Below are positions 1 to 11,266 of a stretch of 33,970 nucleotides of DNA, piece by piece; within the stretch, counting starts at the first letter, position 1; every line of letters starts with the position of its first letter. The translations under genes and the position numbers were made by a program. Under the pieces are notes generated by a model. That model did no database searches. It worked only from the letters and a program-made list of their open reading frames with translations, and was not told the origin of the DNA. The stretch is from Catajapyx aquilonaris. Lineage: Eukaryota. The DNA lies in NCBI GenBank assembly GCA_000934665.2, contig KZ538018.1, positions 124,001 to 157,970 on the forward strand. Reading direction: 5' to 3'.

Positions 1-3000
1 GCATTAAAGTTATACTGTACTTGCAATAATACGTACTTTATTATGTGTACAGTACAGTACAATGAAGTGTAGACTGTATAAAATAAGCGCAACCATTTTA
101 TGCCAGGTCCTATACACTAACTAAGTCAATACTTTAAAAATACACCTGCAGGACTCATCGGAAACTCGTACGTTGCAAAAGTGTGTAGTTTGCTCACGAC
201 GCGACGTTTTCCTGTCATACATAACTTGGAAAACTTTCAGTAACGAAACCTGTGCTTATATGACGTAACAGCCACACCTGCGCAGACACAATAATTTTAC
301 AACTTGCGACAAAATCTTTGATGCTGCAGTTTCCAAGTGCCGCCCAGAATCAGCAATAATATCCCTTACATAACCGACCAGATGACTCGAGTGATTTATG
401 TGTAATGCCCCGCACATTTAAAGAGCCGTTTATTGAACAACTCGGCGGCAACCTTTGCAGCATCTTCTTTGCAAGTCCTTGAAGCAATGACATCATCAAT
501 TTCAACGAATAAATAACTCGATTAGGGTATTACCGTACTTTTGATTCCAGACTCGAAGTCTCTTGCACCCAATTTGCGGTTTGACAGACGTGCAAAAATA
601 AAGATCACACCTCGGCCGCAAACACTTCCTGCACATGAATCTTGACCTTGTATCCACTTGTTTTTGTTGTTGTTACGACTTGCCCTTTTATCGGAGCCGG
701 TTTTTCGTCCCAGTCGGAGTCTGAATGGGCGGCGGTCACTGGGTCGCCTTAAGGGTCACAGAATTCCAGGCACTGATTTTTCTCATGCTCTTCAATCGAC
801 CTTGCTTTCGACCCTAAATAAAAGCAGGGTCGACCTTGCGGACCAATTTAATGCAGCCTGGGTGCAATTCAGAAGCATTGTCAACCGTTTCTTTATGGGC
901 CAGTGATCGTGCCGGATGAGTTTGAAATTGTTTCCGTTGCTTGGCGCCTATCCAGAACTGGCCTGGCCTGATGCTATGGGGTCAGCACCATTTATCGTTT
1001 GAAAATTTTTATGGCGACGGTGTCATCAGCAGGCCAACTCCTCGATAACCCATGCCATTGGGTGAATATGTTTTAAAAGCGTGGGAACAAAAATATTGCA
1101 CGATTGTTTTGCTCAAGGTTATGAAGAAAGTTGGGTACAATATGTAATCTACGAGCAAAAGGGAAAATGAAGGACGTGTAATTTTCAACGTAATCCCGTG
1201 TCGTGCATTGGTGCAAATCGGTTTGCGCAAGGACACCGTGTGAGAATAGAAGGAAATGATATACACTGTCCAGGAAGTGAACCTCCCAGAGAGACACAGC
1301 TATTTTTACGGGCGTAATAACCTGTCAGCACTATTTAAACTTTGGACATGTCCCGACACGAAACTTTAAGCCTACCTCACATAAGCAGCTTATTAGTGGA
1401 CCACGTGATTTTTTGGGCGGGTAAAACTTACTCAATTTAATGCGTGAGCCTCGGGGGTCTAAAATGTAATTGCTGTTTGCAAAATCCTATTAACCAATTG
1501 TGCATGGTTTTTAAAAAATGTGGGCGAAATTCAATAACCTGTGGTGGTTGGTAATTATGGGATAATTACTCCCAGCAATATAGTGTTATTGAAAGGGGGT
1601 AAGCGATATGTTAACATTGTCGATGTACTTACATATTTGTTCGGGGCTGGAGTTCATGTAACGGATTATTACCGGGTTGTCACATTTGCATATTTTTTGA
1701 CGCACAATTACAATGTCAATGCTGAAATTATTCAATGTATTACATTCATTGGATCATATTACTATGTTTGTGATGTATTTTGGTGAATTATTGTTTATGT
1801 TCAATTGTTGACAAGTGTCCTAGTTGCAGAAGATGCTGCAGGACCAGGCCTGGGTTAGATTTCCTCTCTCTGTAGCTATGTTAGTAAAAATCGATTGGGT
1901 TTGAACCTGGGGAAAAACCGTTGCGCAGGTCGTTCCAAGGTTACTGGGAGAGAGTGGGCGTGATGAGGAAGGATGAGGTGGCGTTGCCTGAGAAATGGGT
2001 GATGTTAAGCCAAATTCTTTGCCCGTTACTGTCACCTCGAGAAATGTCATTTTTGCACCCTACTGCCTCTCGAGTATTCCTCAAGGTCAGGTTCAAGAAT
2101 TTTTGCTCTATGTGACCCGTAAAAAAAATCATGACTCAAAAAGGGTATTGCATAACCACTAGTTTATTTGCGAGTTTTTCACATATTTGTGCAGTACATC
2201 ATAATTATGAAAATATTGCATACAGTGAACACCTTTTTCTTAGTAACGGAAAATGGGCAGGTGTGTGAAGGTGTGAAGTGATTTGGAGATAAAAATTGCA
2301 CAAGGTCTTCCGCTACGTTTGGTAAACATAAATTTCAAATTCCAACCAGGTTTTGCTACACACTTACAAAAAAAATTGCAGGAGTTGGTTGCACCCTTTT
2401 TTTTCATTTTTTTTTTCTTCAACAACGTGTGAGCTTCCGGAGGCTAAAATACGAAAATTCCTGCCATGGTCACGCGGTTCCATGATTGGTCATGGATTCT
2501 TACACTCTGGCCTCTTTTCCTTTCCCTAAACTTTTTTGCAGTCCATCTCACCCAGTTTAGAAAAATGCTACTTTTCGAGGCATCCCCCCTGTGATCATGT
2601 GGTTCAGCTCCCAAAATGCCAAGGCAGGGTCCCCCCCTTTAAAAAAAAGGGCAAAATCCTAAGGGTCACCTGAAAAGATGTGTGGCTGGGGAGCTTTTGA
2701 AAAAAGGCCGAGGGATTTTGGTCTTATTCAACGTGAATGACCTTTTTGGAGCCAGGTTTTTAAAAGAGGAAATATTTACAGTCCCCAGCATACCGATACG
2801 GTGTGTTGCATCCGACCAAATATTCTTCACACGGCAATATCTGCGTCCTGTGTTGACACTAGTGATAACCACAGGATATCCGCCCAATGCAGATGATTAT
2901 TCCTCATCCGGATTTTAGCCAATCCTATACATTTTTCATATAAATGTCCTTGATATATATTTTTTTGCTGTATACAAATTTTGCGGCCACAACATCCGTT

Positions 3001-4636
3001 TGGAGCATCCCTAAATTTTGCATGGTGGCTTCAAAAGTGTTGTTCCCAGGCTTTCTAAAATATTTTCCAGATAGTTATTTAGAGCATGGGGTGTGATAAG
3101 CCTCTTAGCTCGAGTAGCATTGGGCAGATATCATTAGAGCAAACTTTTCAAGCTTTGGCGACGGAATTTGTATAGAGCATCAGAGTTGTGTTTTTTTGCG
3201 AAATTTCACGCACCTGATGACCGGATTACCTCAATGAAAGCGACTCTGTTTGACACGCCGACATGCTAAAGTAGTCGGCCTTTAATTACGATCTGAAAAC
3301 ATTTGCATGATCATTGAGCGATGTTAATTTATTAATTACGACCGTTTCTCTCTGGGTAATTGCCTTGTTTGTTACGTCTTATGACGCACGACATGGCGCC
3401 GAAAATATTATTTTTCGCATGGAGCCCACGACTAAAAAAAAAAAAAGATACAAAACCTGGTTGGGGTCAGACACAGACGGTTCGTTTCTAAGTGTGTTTA
3501 TCTGGAAAAAAGATCTTGTTTTGGGGTTGTCGGTGTTTTGAAGAGTCGCTGCCACCCATTAAGTTAGCTTCGGTTAGAATCTTTCTTTCTCTCTCTCTGT
3601 CTGACAAGCTGACTTTTCGGGGGCTCTATGAAGGACAGGAGAAGGGCAGGGCCATGGCAGCAAAAGCATGGGCAGGTCTTCAAAAATCTCAAGTGTCGGA
3701 AGTCAGTAAAGCACCTTTTTCGTGACCTCACTTTATTCCGAGGCTTCTGAGCGCCGGACTATAGAACCATCAGAGAAGGAAGGAAAAGGGGCGGGAAATG
3801 AACAAGCTTCATTGTTGAGCACGTCAGGGATGGGAGCCATGACGTGTGTGTCTGAATCGCGCCCGATCAGGGTTGAACTATTTGAATAAAATTTTTAATA
3901 ATGAAATAACCACAATAATCAAACAGTAAATAGCGTAACATCCTAATTGTTATGAAAATTATTGGAGTACATTTGGCGTAATATTATGCCAAAAATAAAT
4001 AATGGCGCATTATTATCACATCGCCATAAATAATACTCTACAGAATGAAAGTTAATAAATGCGAAAACTTTCCATATAAAATGTGAAATGTAATATTTGG
4101 GGCATGGAGCTTATTTTAGGCTCCGTTTTTTTTTCTAGACTTTTTTTTCGGGACGGTGCGGTGTGGAAGCGTTACATGCACCTTTTTGTACCGTGGTCTA
4201 ATTTCGGTGTCATCTCATAGAAGAACCACGCCTCCTCTCAGGAGAGCTTTTGAAAGAGCGGGATCTCATCTGGTGTGTATAAAGGAAGTGGCAATCATGA
4301 ACTGGAAGCATAATGAGAGCGAGGCGGGCTTATTGATGTCGGAAATTGTGGCTTTAAATATATAACATGACCGCATTTTGCATAGATAGTGCCAGATATG
4401 TAAAGGCCTGAAATCACAGATTGCCAAGGTCACGAAAAGTGTGACTCCAGCTTCTTGTGATCATTAAGCCAATTACGTGTCGTCTTCCGCATTTTTTTTT
4501 CATTGAACGGGACTGTTTCCGAGCACTGATGTCATGTCAACAAAAACAATACTGAGAAACATCCTGAGTTCGACCTGAGGTCACGCACTTTTTTTTCCAG
4601 CTAGTGTCTGACGTTCCTCTCTTGCGTATTTTGCAG

Positions 4637-4887
4637 ATAGAGAATATCAGCTGGTGCCTGAGCTTCCTGAATGGACTCGGGGTGACCGTGGATGGCCTGC
4701 ATGCCAAAGACATCAGAGATGGGAACCTAAAGGCCATCCTAGGTCTCTTCTTCGCTCTGAGCCGTCACAAGCAGTACCAGAAGCAACAGCAGCTTCAGTA
4801 CCAGGAACGAGAGAAGATGAGACAACAGCACCAGCAGATACAACAGCATCAGTACCAACATGCAGTGACGCACGGAGACATGTCAAA
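4637..4887 (+). CDS. sick: NAV/sickie coding exon: C-terminal half of calponin-homology domain plus Gln-rich linker
   Basis: Acceptor ttttgcag|ATAGAG (phase 0), donor TCAAA|gtaagt (phase 2). Translates IENISWCLSFLNGLGVTVDGLHAKDIRDGNLKAILGLFFALSRHKQYQKQQQ...HGDMS(K). Confidence 0.95.
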
Positions 4888-5503
4888 GTAAGTCGGATGC
4901 TGTTGCAGGATAATTAGTGGTTTAGGAGGGGTATTGCAAATCCCCGTTATTTTTTGCGGGAGGTCAAGTGCGAGTTGAAGTAGGTCGTGATCATCTGTTG
5001 GAGGGCACAAGTGTTTTGCCCATGGGATATACCGACCTTGCAATTATTACGGTTTCAGAACCCCGTCGGGTTTATTAATCACGTAGGAAGCATGCATAAG
5101 GCGGACAGTGGATGACCGCTCAGAAATTACGTTTCATATACACTCAGCATCCGTGATCAGCCAATTACATTTCCTTGTAATTACAGCCGATAATTTAATT
5201 TGCTACATGTGCGTTATAAAATCATCTGTAGGACGACATAATTATGTGTTGTCTGGACTCGCAATGATTTGGCACCCTAATTGTAAAGCTAGGCGTCTCT
5301 TTATTTTCTTTAAATCAATTTTGTCGGTATGGTATGATACACAGGTGTACTGTACATATCCTGTGTAGCCTACTAGACTGCAAAATATCTACGTAAAAAT
5401 GCATAGATCTACTTGGCAGATAGTAGCAAATCTGAGAGTCATTGAGCTCACGAGAGGCAAAAAAAAAATGCACATGAGAGGTGCATTTACATCCACGCAT
5501 GCA

Positions 5504-5533
5504 TTCGACGTATGCACGCGTGCATACGTCGAA
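5504..5533. repeat. Perfect 30-bp palindrome
   Basis: TTCGACGTATGCACG|CGTGCATACGTCGAA, with no spacer and no mismatch. Confidence 0.95.
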
Positions 5534-8500
5534 ACTAGATGGTGGTTGTGATTAGCAGGCAATGTTTAGGTGTGCAGGTAAACTGTACGGATGATGTGAA
5601 TGGCGACAGAAGGTTTAGTTTCTGCGGTAGGTTCATCATCACGGTGCATGCAATGAAGAGCAATTTGCCTGCATGTAAAGAGTGGCGAATTAAGTGATGA
5701 ATTTACGCCATCAGTAACTGACGTCAAACATAAAGGCTTGTGACGTCTAAGTCTGAATGCATTACACGTTGGATTTTAATTTCAAATGCACATAAATTTT
5801 AAAATCATAACCTTATGACGTATGTCAGTACGACAGAAAATTATCAAAATTCCTCGCAAGACACATTACTAATCTGACCTTATCATGAACCCTTAAGTTA
5901 CGAAGAAACGAGATGTGACAATCATCATCTGGCCATACACACACTGGCTACGCGGTATACATGTGGGGAGTGTTTCCAACCATTGTCATCAATCCCAATT
6001 ATTCGACGTCAGTCCCAATTATGCTATTGTTTTCAATTATTGCAGCTTTACTGCTGCCTTTTCTAAGTGCTTGAATGGCCTGCTGGCATGTTTTGACCCT
6101 GTACGTGCATCACATCCCAGAGCGAGTATTTGTTCAAGTTCAGTAAATGAATGGTGATCCTCAGTAATCAGCATATTAATCATCAGACCACTAATCGTGG
6201 CTGTGACGGGTGTCAAGACATTGCGAATAATATTATGATTGCTCTGAACTACGAGTTGATGCAACGAAAAATATGACGCTGTTTGTGCCGGAATTTACCA
6301 GGAATTATTTCGAAACTACCAGGTGGTGCACGACCTGACGTAAATAATGTTTATTCATCACTCAACTCTTGAGCTTCACCAACCAGAACATTATACGTAA
6401 CTTCCAGCTTTTTTTTTTGTTCACTAATATAAGTTGCTTACTCACTACGCCACTGTCCACTTCCTCCCCAGACCAAGTGGGTTTGGACAAAAAAAGCACA
6501 CAATGAGTCATGATGTTTTACACCTGTCCACTGTTCATTAAACAAAGGCTGTGTTAGCTAAGGCCGGTTTTACTTTTAGTTGCGGACTTGCGGTGCAGAA
6601 TATGACAACACAGCACTTTATTTATTCAGGTGAAATATGACACCATGCCCATTAGTGAAGCTGTAACTGATATTACTGCGAACTTGTGTGCTCTAGTATC
6701 CTTGTGGGTAAAATGCATAGAATAATTGCTAATTGGCACAAAAAAAAACATTTCTTGCTAATTGTGTTAGCAATAATTGCTCACTAGATTCACAGAAAAG
6801 CTGATGAGGCATTTAAGTGCATTGCTGTACTTAAATAATTTCTATTATGCCCAATCACCTGCGCAATTGTTACTAATTGTTGAATATTGCAATAATCGGA
6901 TTTGTTGGCCAAATGTGAACATCACGAAACGGCAACTGCCACGCCATCTCTCGTCCTCGTCCACAAATCGCTCCAACCAAAATCCAACACTGCTCAAAGC
7001 GCCGACCTAGCGTCAGATCTCAGCACCACTGACCTTTTGGGCGGTCGATGCAAACCCTTAATATATATTTTTTTCCATTTCCACCCCCTCTCCGTAATTG
7101 CTGATACTTGCTACGTCCCCGGAAGCTTCTCTCATTACCCTGCCGCGGTAATAATTTGCTTCCATTTAAAACAGGGGCCTGGCAGAGATATAATTTCGCG
7201 GGGGTCTGACCGTCCACAACTTCCAGGCGAATTGGGTTGGGTCAGTTATTTTACACGCGGCTTGAAGCGCAAATTACAGTGAGGGTAAATGAGATATTTT
7301 GCCTGCCAGTAAATGAGCAACTCAGGATTTACGCTGGTGGGGGAAATGGTTTATTGCAGCATCGATGTTGCCATAATCTTAGTATGGAATGAAGTTGATA
7401 AATTTTAAATTGCACGCGAAACACTTTTACGTACACATGCTAAAATTGAGCCAAAAGCACCACTGGTTTTGTGTAAAAACCTTCACAACTTTTGTGCACA
7501 TACAGACTTGATGGCTCTGGTCCAGCGAAAGACTAGTTGAGTCATCATGTCGTCAGAGCGGAAATTCCCAAAATTTCTTTCCCCCTTTTTTTTGGTGGAG
7601 TTTGTTAAAAAAAATTGGCGAAATGTGCCAACATTTTTTGATCAATAAAGAGGCTTCGCGACTCTCTGACGCTGGATTTTCGGGGAAATCTCTGCCATTT
7701 GCCAGCTTCATAGGGCAGGATGCCATTGGGACCTCTTTGAGACCAAAGACCTCTTGATGTTTCCAAGGAACTTTTGTGGCCAAACTTGGACCTGATCAGA
7801 GTTATTGTTCTGGGCGGGTTGTTTTTTTTTTCTCTTGTGGATTTATATAGGGACTCGGGTTCCTTATGCATGAAGCTGGGGTGACGATGACGGGTGAGTT
7901 GGACAGAAGAATGCTCCGATGAAATATTCATCGACTCATTCATCAATTGGGGGAGAACTTGCTAGGGTGAGAGTCTTGCAAGCTGCCGTCTTTTTCCTCC
8001 TTTGTCCTCAGAGGAAACCTGCTGAGAAAAGTACTCTCCATCGATATTCAGCGATTTTCAACTAAATCCATTTCAAACCTGTATTATTCCATAGTTTCAG
8101 CGCAAATATTTGCGGCGCGGTCGTTAATGTTTCAGGCGGCAGCAATCGTCATGAATAATCCAAGCCCCGAAATGAAATTACCGGAGCAATAATGAGATTT
8201 AGTCTGGCCGCGAATTTCAAGTACAATAACTTACTAAGCGTGGAGCCTGAGTCTGCAGCAGATGTTAAGCCAGGACTTAGTTGACTAATCTGCGCAATTT
8301 GTCGCTTTGAAATGGGGCTGGGTGTCTTGGACAATGTAATGAAACCCACAGGTCCAAGAATGTTGAGGAAAGCCAAGCCAGTACCATGTGGGTTCATGCC
8401 GATACCTCGCGTGTGAAACCGCCTTTTTTTATTATGGCGATAAACTCCTGATTGTTATTTATAAGCCCGTGATTAAAACTGCTGGGTTTGTTGAAATGCG

Positions 8501-10279
8501 TGTGTAATTAAAGGGGCAGTGCGTATAAGTCAGAAAGTGACATGATAGGTCATGCACGTGTCAGGTGCTCAAACTTCTCGTGGGATAATAAGCTCTCTCG
8601 GTATAACTTCACATGTCACTCTGTTTTTTTAGGATTTTTGATATGACTGTGACCATTTCTTAAAGTCAATTACACCCCCAGTACGCTCCAAATACGCCCC
8701 AGAAAAGTCGATTCGGAAATTCCACTCCTTCTGAAAAAAAAATCCGGTTAGCGATAGGAGACTATCGCTACCAATTCCGCTAGACTGAACCTCAATAACA
8801 TCTGCTCCACTGGATTTTTATTCAACTGAATGTCACTCCAGGCTCCGAAATAGTTGAATTTTTCTGCAGCCTATCCTTATAGGAGCGTGGCTGCCTCTAA
8901 TTAAACTCTTCACAAAAGGTGCTTACATTTCTAGAGGGCATATTCGTGTACAGCTCCCCGCCACTTTGATTGGATAAAAAAAAAGAGGCAGACCAGGTGC
9001 AAGCACCTTGTAAACTGCTACCTGTTTTTCGTGCATGCTCCGTTACGGATTTAGAACCGCGATAGGGACGCCCGGTTCATAGAATCTGTAGGATCACAGC
9101 TTCACGCACGTTCAAAGAGCGTTTTCTAGTAAATCCGGAGGTCAGGCGAACAGAGAAGGGAAGGTTTGGTCTTTGAAGAGGAAACTGGGTGTGAAAGGAA
9201 GGCTCTTCGTGATGGAGGCTCGTTGCCATCCCCCCCTCCTCATCCCTCCGGAGATTTCCTGTCAAAGCCAGGAAAAGGCAGACAGCTGGCAACCTCATGA
9301 GGAATGAAGGCTTCAGTAACGAGAGATTAGCTGGCTGAGCCTTTTCGATCATCCATTTTCCGGAATATTTGGTGATTATTTTATAAGCCGTCTATATCCT
9401 AGAAAGTCGACTCTGCGAGACCGGTGCGGTCACTCCAAGGCCATACAGATGCTACCAACTGTACAAAAAAAGGCGGTCAATTCGACTATGATGCAAAACT
9501 TCAATAACTTGGCTGCTTATCCAGATGGAGAGTGCTCTGCAAGCGCGGTTTTCATTTTCAACTCGTTTCTCGTATTTGGCAATCTGTGGAGCATACCGGC
9601 TCTGCACAAATCCTTGGCTTCTGTAACCTTTTGCACAGTCATACTAATGTAGATATTAATTATTTGACGGCCTACTGCACGAATGAATTTGCAAACATTT
9701 CGGAGCGAATGAAAAATGCCTGGAAGCGGGCCTATTTCCGCACAAATGACATTGCAATGTTTCAAATCTCTTTGTTGTGCCGTACCTGCAAAACGAACCA
9801 TTCAGCTTGGTGATAAAACAAGCACAGGGGATTTTTTAAAAGGCATCTACACATTTACATGAAGTCGATTCAACCCTGGACAGCCCGAGGTGAAATATGG
9901 CTAATATGCAATTAGAAAGTCCAATAATACCAACGCCATACCTCATTGCAAAAGCTAGCCTCTGTGGGCATAACAGTTGGCGTGCGAACAAAGGGACAGC
10001 TGTGACCCGGATGAGGGTCCGCATAAAATACAAAAAAATAAAAGGAAGAAGGGGGGGAAAGAAAGGAAGGGGTCCATGAATAGTTCCCTCCTCGACAAGG
10101 GCAAAACAGGTTGGCCAGGTGATCCTCTGCAAGAAGAAGGGAGCGCTTGAAGTGCTCTCAGAAAAATTGGGCCATTTAATTTTCCACCGTGTGTCTGTGT
10201 GGTAGTAACGGGTGCCAAGAAATACGACCTAGACATGGTTTGAGGGCTGGACGCAGATTGGGTGTCCCTTATACACCCA

Positions 10280-10365
10280 GAGCGTGACGTGAGCACGTGT
10301 GGCTCACGTTCCTTTCCCGCTCACTTCAGTTCGTTCCAAGCTGGAGCCACGTGCGAGTCGCGTTT
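10280..10365 (+). promoter_or_regulatory. Putative internal core promoter for exon A
   Basis: TCAGTT at 10326-10331 matches the arthropod Inr consensus TCAKTY. AGTCG (DPE-like RGWYV) at 10356-10360 is one base off canonical spacing. CACGTG and TGACGT motifs cluster nearby. Confidence 0.45.
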
Positions 10366-10447
10366 TGTTCTCGGTTGGGGCTGGATCACTCACTCAGAGC
10401 ATCAATCTGTCGGATGTCTGTTTCGGTTTAAAGCCCCGTGTGCACAA

Positions 10448-10512
10448 ATGGGGAATAGCAATTCTTCAGGGGAAATCAGGAGCCAGCCTACATCTCCATC
10501 TGATCTCAGAAG
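10448..10512 (+). CDS. sick: Candidate alternative first coding exon A (MGNSNSSGEIRSQPTSPSDLR-R), N-myristoylation consensus
   Basis: ATG at 10448, 65 nt (21 codons + 2), donor AGAAG|gtaaca. Phase 2 matches the acceptor at 11139. TCAGTT initiator-like motif about 120 nt upstream. Confidence 0.65.
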
Positions 10513-10564
10513 GTAACATTGAGTTCATTAATTTAATAACAAATCCCTCTGAGGAAATATATAG

Positions 10565-10605
10565 GTTGGTTGCCAGCATGCCAGGATACCAATGTGTCCA
10601 CCCTG
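10565..10605. mobile_element. Truncated relative of the 17396 MITE (right-end remnant)
   Basis: GTTGGTTGCCAGCA...GATACCAAT matches the MITE interior at 17451-17477 and is followed by GTGTC-CACCCTG-TA. Confidence 0.6.
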
Positions 10606-11138
10606 TACAGTACAACACAATGGTCAGTGTGACGGTTTTGCATTTCGCGTCTTGTTTATTTTTTTGTGACGAGAACAACTGGGTGTGTCTGACTGCAAAA
10701 ATATTCGTTGCAATTGCCTGGAGTTCATTGCCAGTAAAAATTTTACTGGCAAGGAAAGGATATTGCCGGAAGCTCGTTGGCGGAGTTATTGCTTGAAGGA
10801 GCCTGTAAGAACCAGTAGTAAGACGTTATACGTCTTCGTATATAAGTTATTATTGGGGTAGAGGGGCGTGAGATCTGGGGGAAAAAAAGGATATGCCACC
10901 AAGTTTGACAAAAGAGTGTGACCAAAATAACATCGTATAGGGACGTGTTGAAGCAGATTTTTTTTTGGTTCTCAAACTTGGTCTGTTTTCCAACAATTTT
11001 TTGGGGGGTAGGGTAATTAGAGACCAGCTATTTCCTCGAGTGATGGATATTGAAGGGTAATATGATATATGTCCTTGTGAATGTTATTGCCATGTTTCTG
11101 AACTAATTTTCCTGTTTTTGTTTACTCTTTTTTTTAAG

Positions 11139-11266
11139 GTTACCAGCCCCGTTCAACAAGCATGGAGCCACCAGCATCCCCATGCCTTCTGGAAACGCCT
11201 CGAAACGCTCAAGTCTGGATAAGACCAAGCTGGCATCATCGATTACCAACACCCCTTCCTATCAAG
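11139..11266 (+). CDS. sick: NAV/sickie coding exon (LPAPFNKHGATSIPMPSG...TPSYQ)
   Basis: Long polypyrimidine tract then taag|G, donor CAAG|gtattt. 128 nt, phase 2 in and phase 1 out, open frame. The junction gives MSKLPAP, resembling the segment after the CH domain in NAV proteins. Absent from the ORF track. Confidence 0.88.

Noticed and set aside
2550..2635. Minus-strand GDPALAFWELNH, faintly like a hAT dimerisation motif
   Set aside because: Too short and quickly interrupted by stops; cannot be supported without a search.
7866..7899. ATG mini-exon ending in G|gtgagt
   Set aside because: Phase 1, whereas the next acceptor (11139) needs phase 2; no other support.
8749..8770. 9-bp hairpin with a GAGA loop (a similar 9-bp stem lies at 28012-28035)
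   Set aside because: Short stems of this size are near chance expectation, with no Helitron-type CTRR end or other context. Bacterial terminators are irrelevant here.
10299..10796. 165-aa ORF
   Set aside because: Non-ATG start, no recognisable domain, and it runs through a MITE remnant. The plausible signal here is the short exon in another frame.
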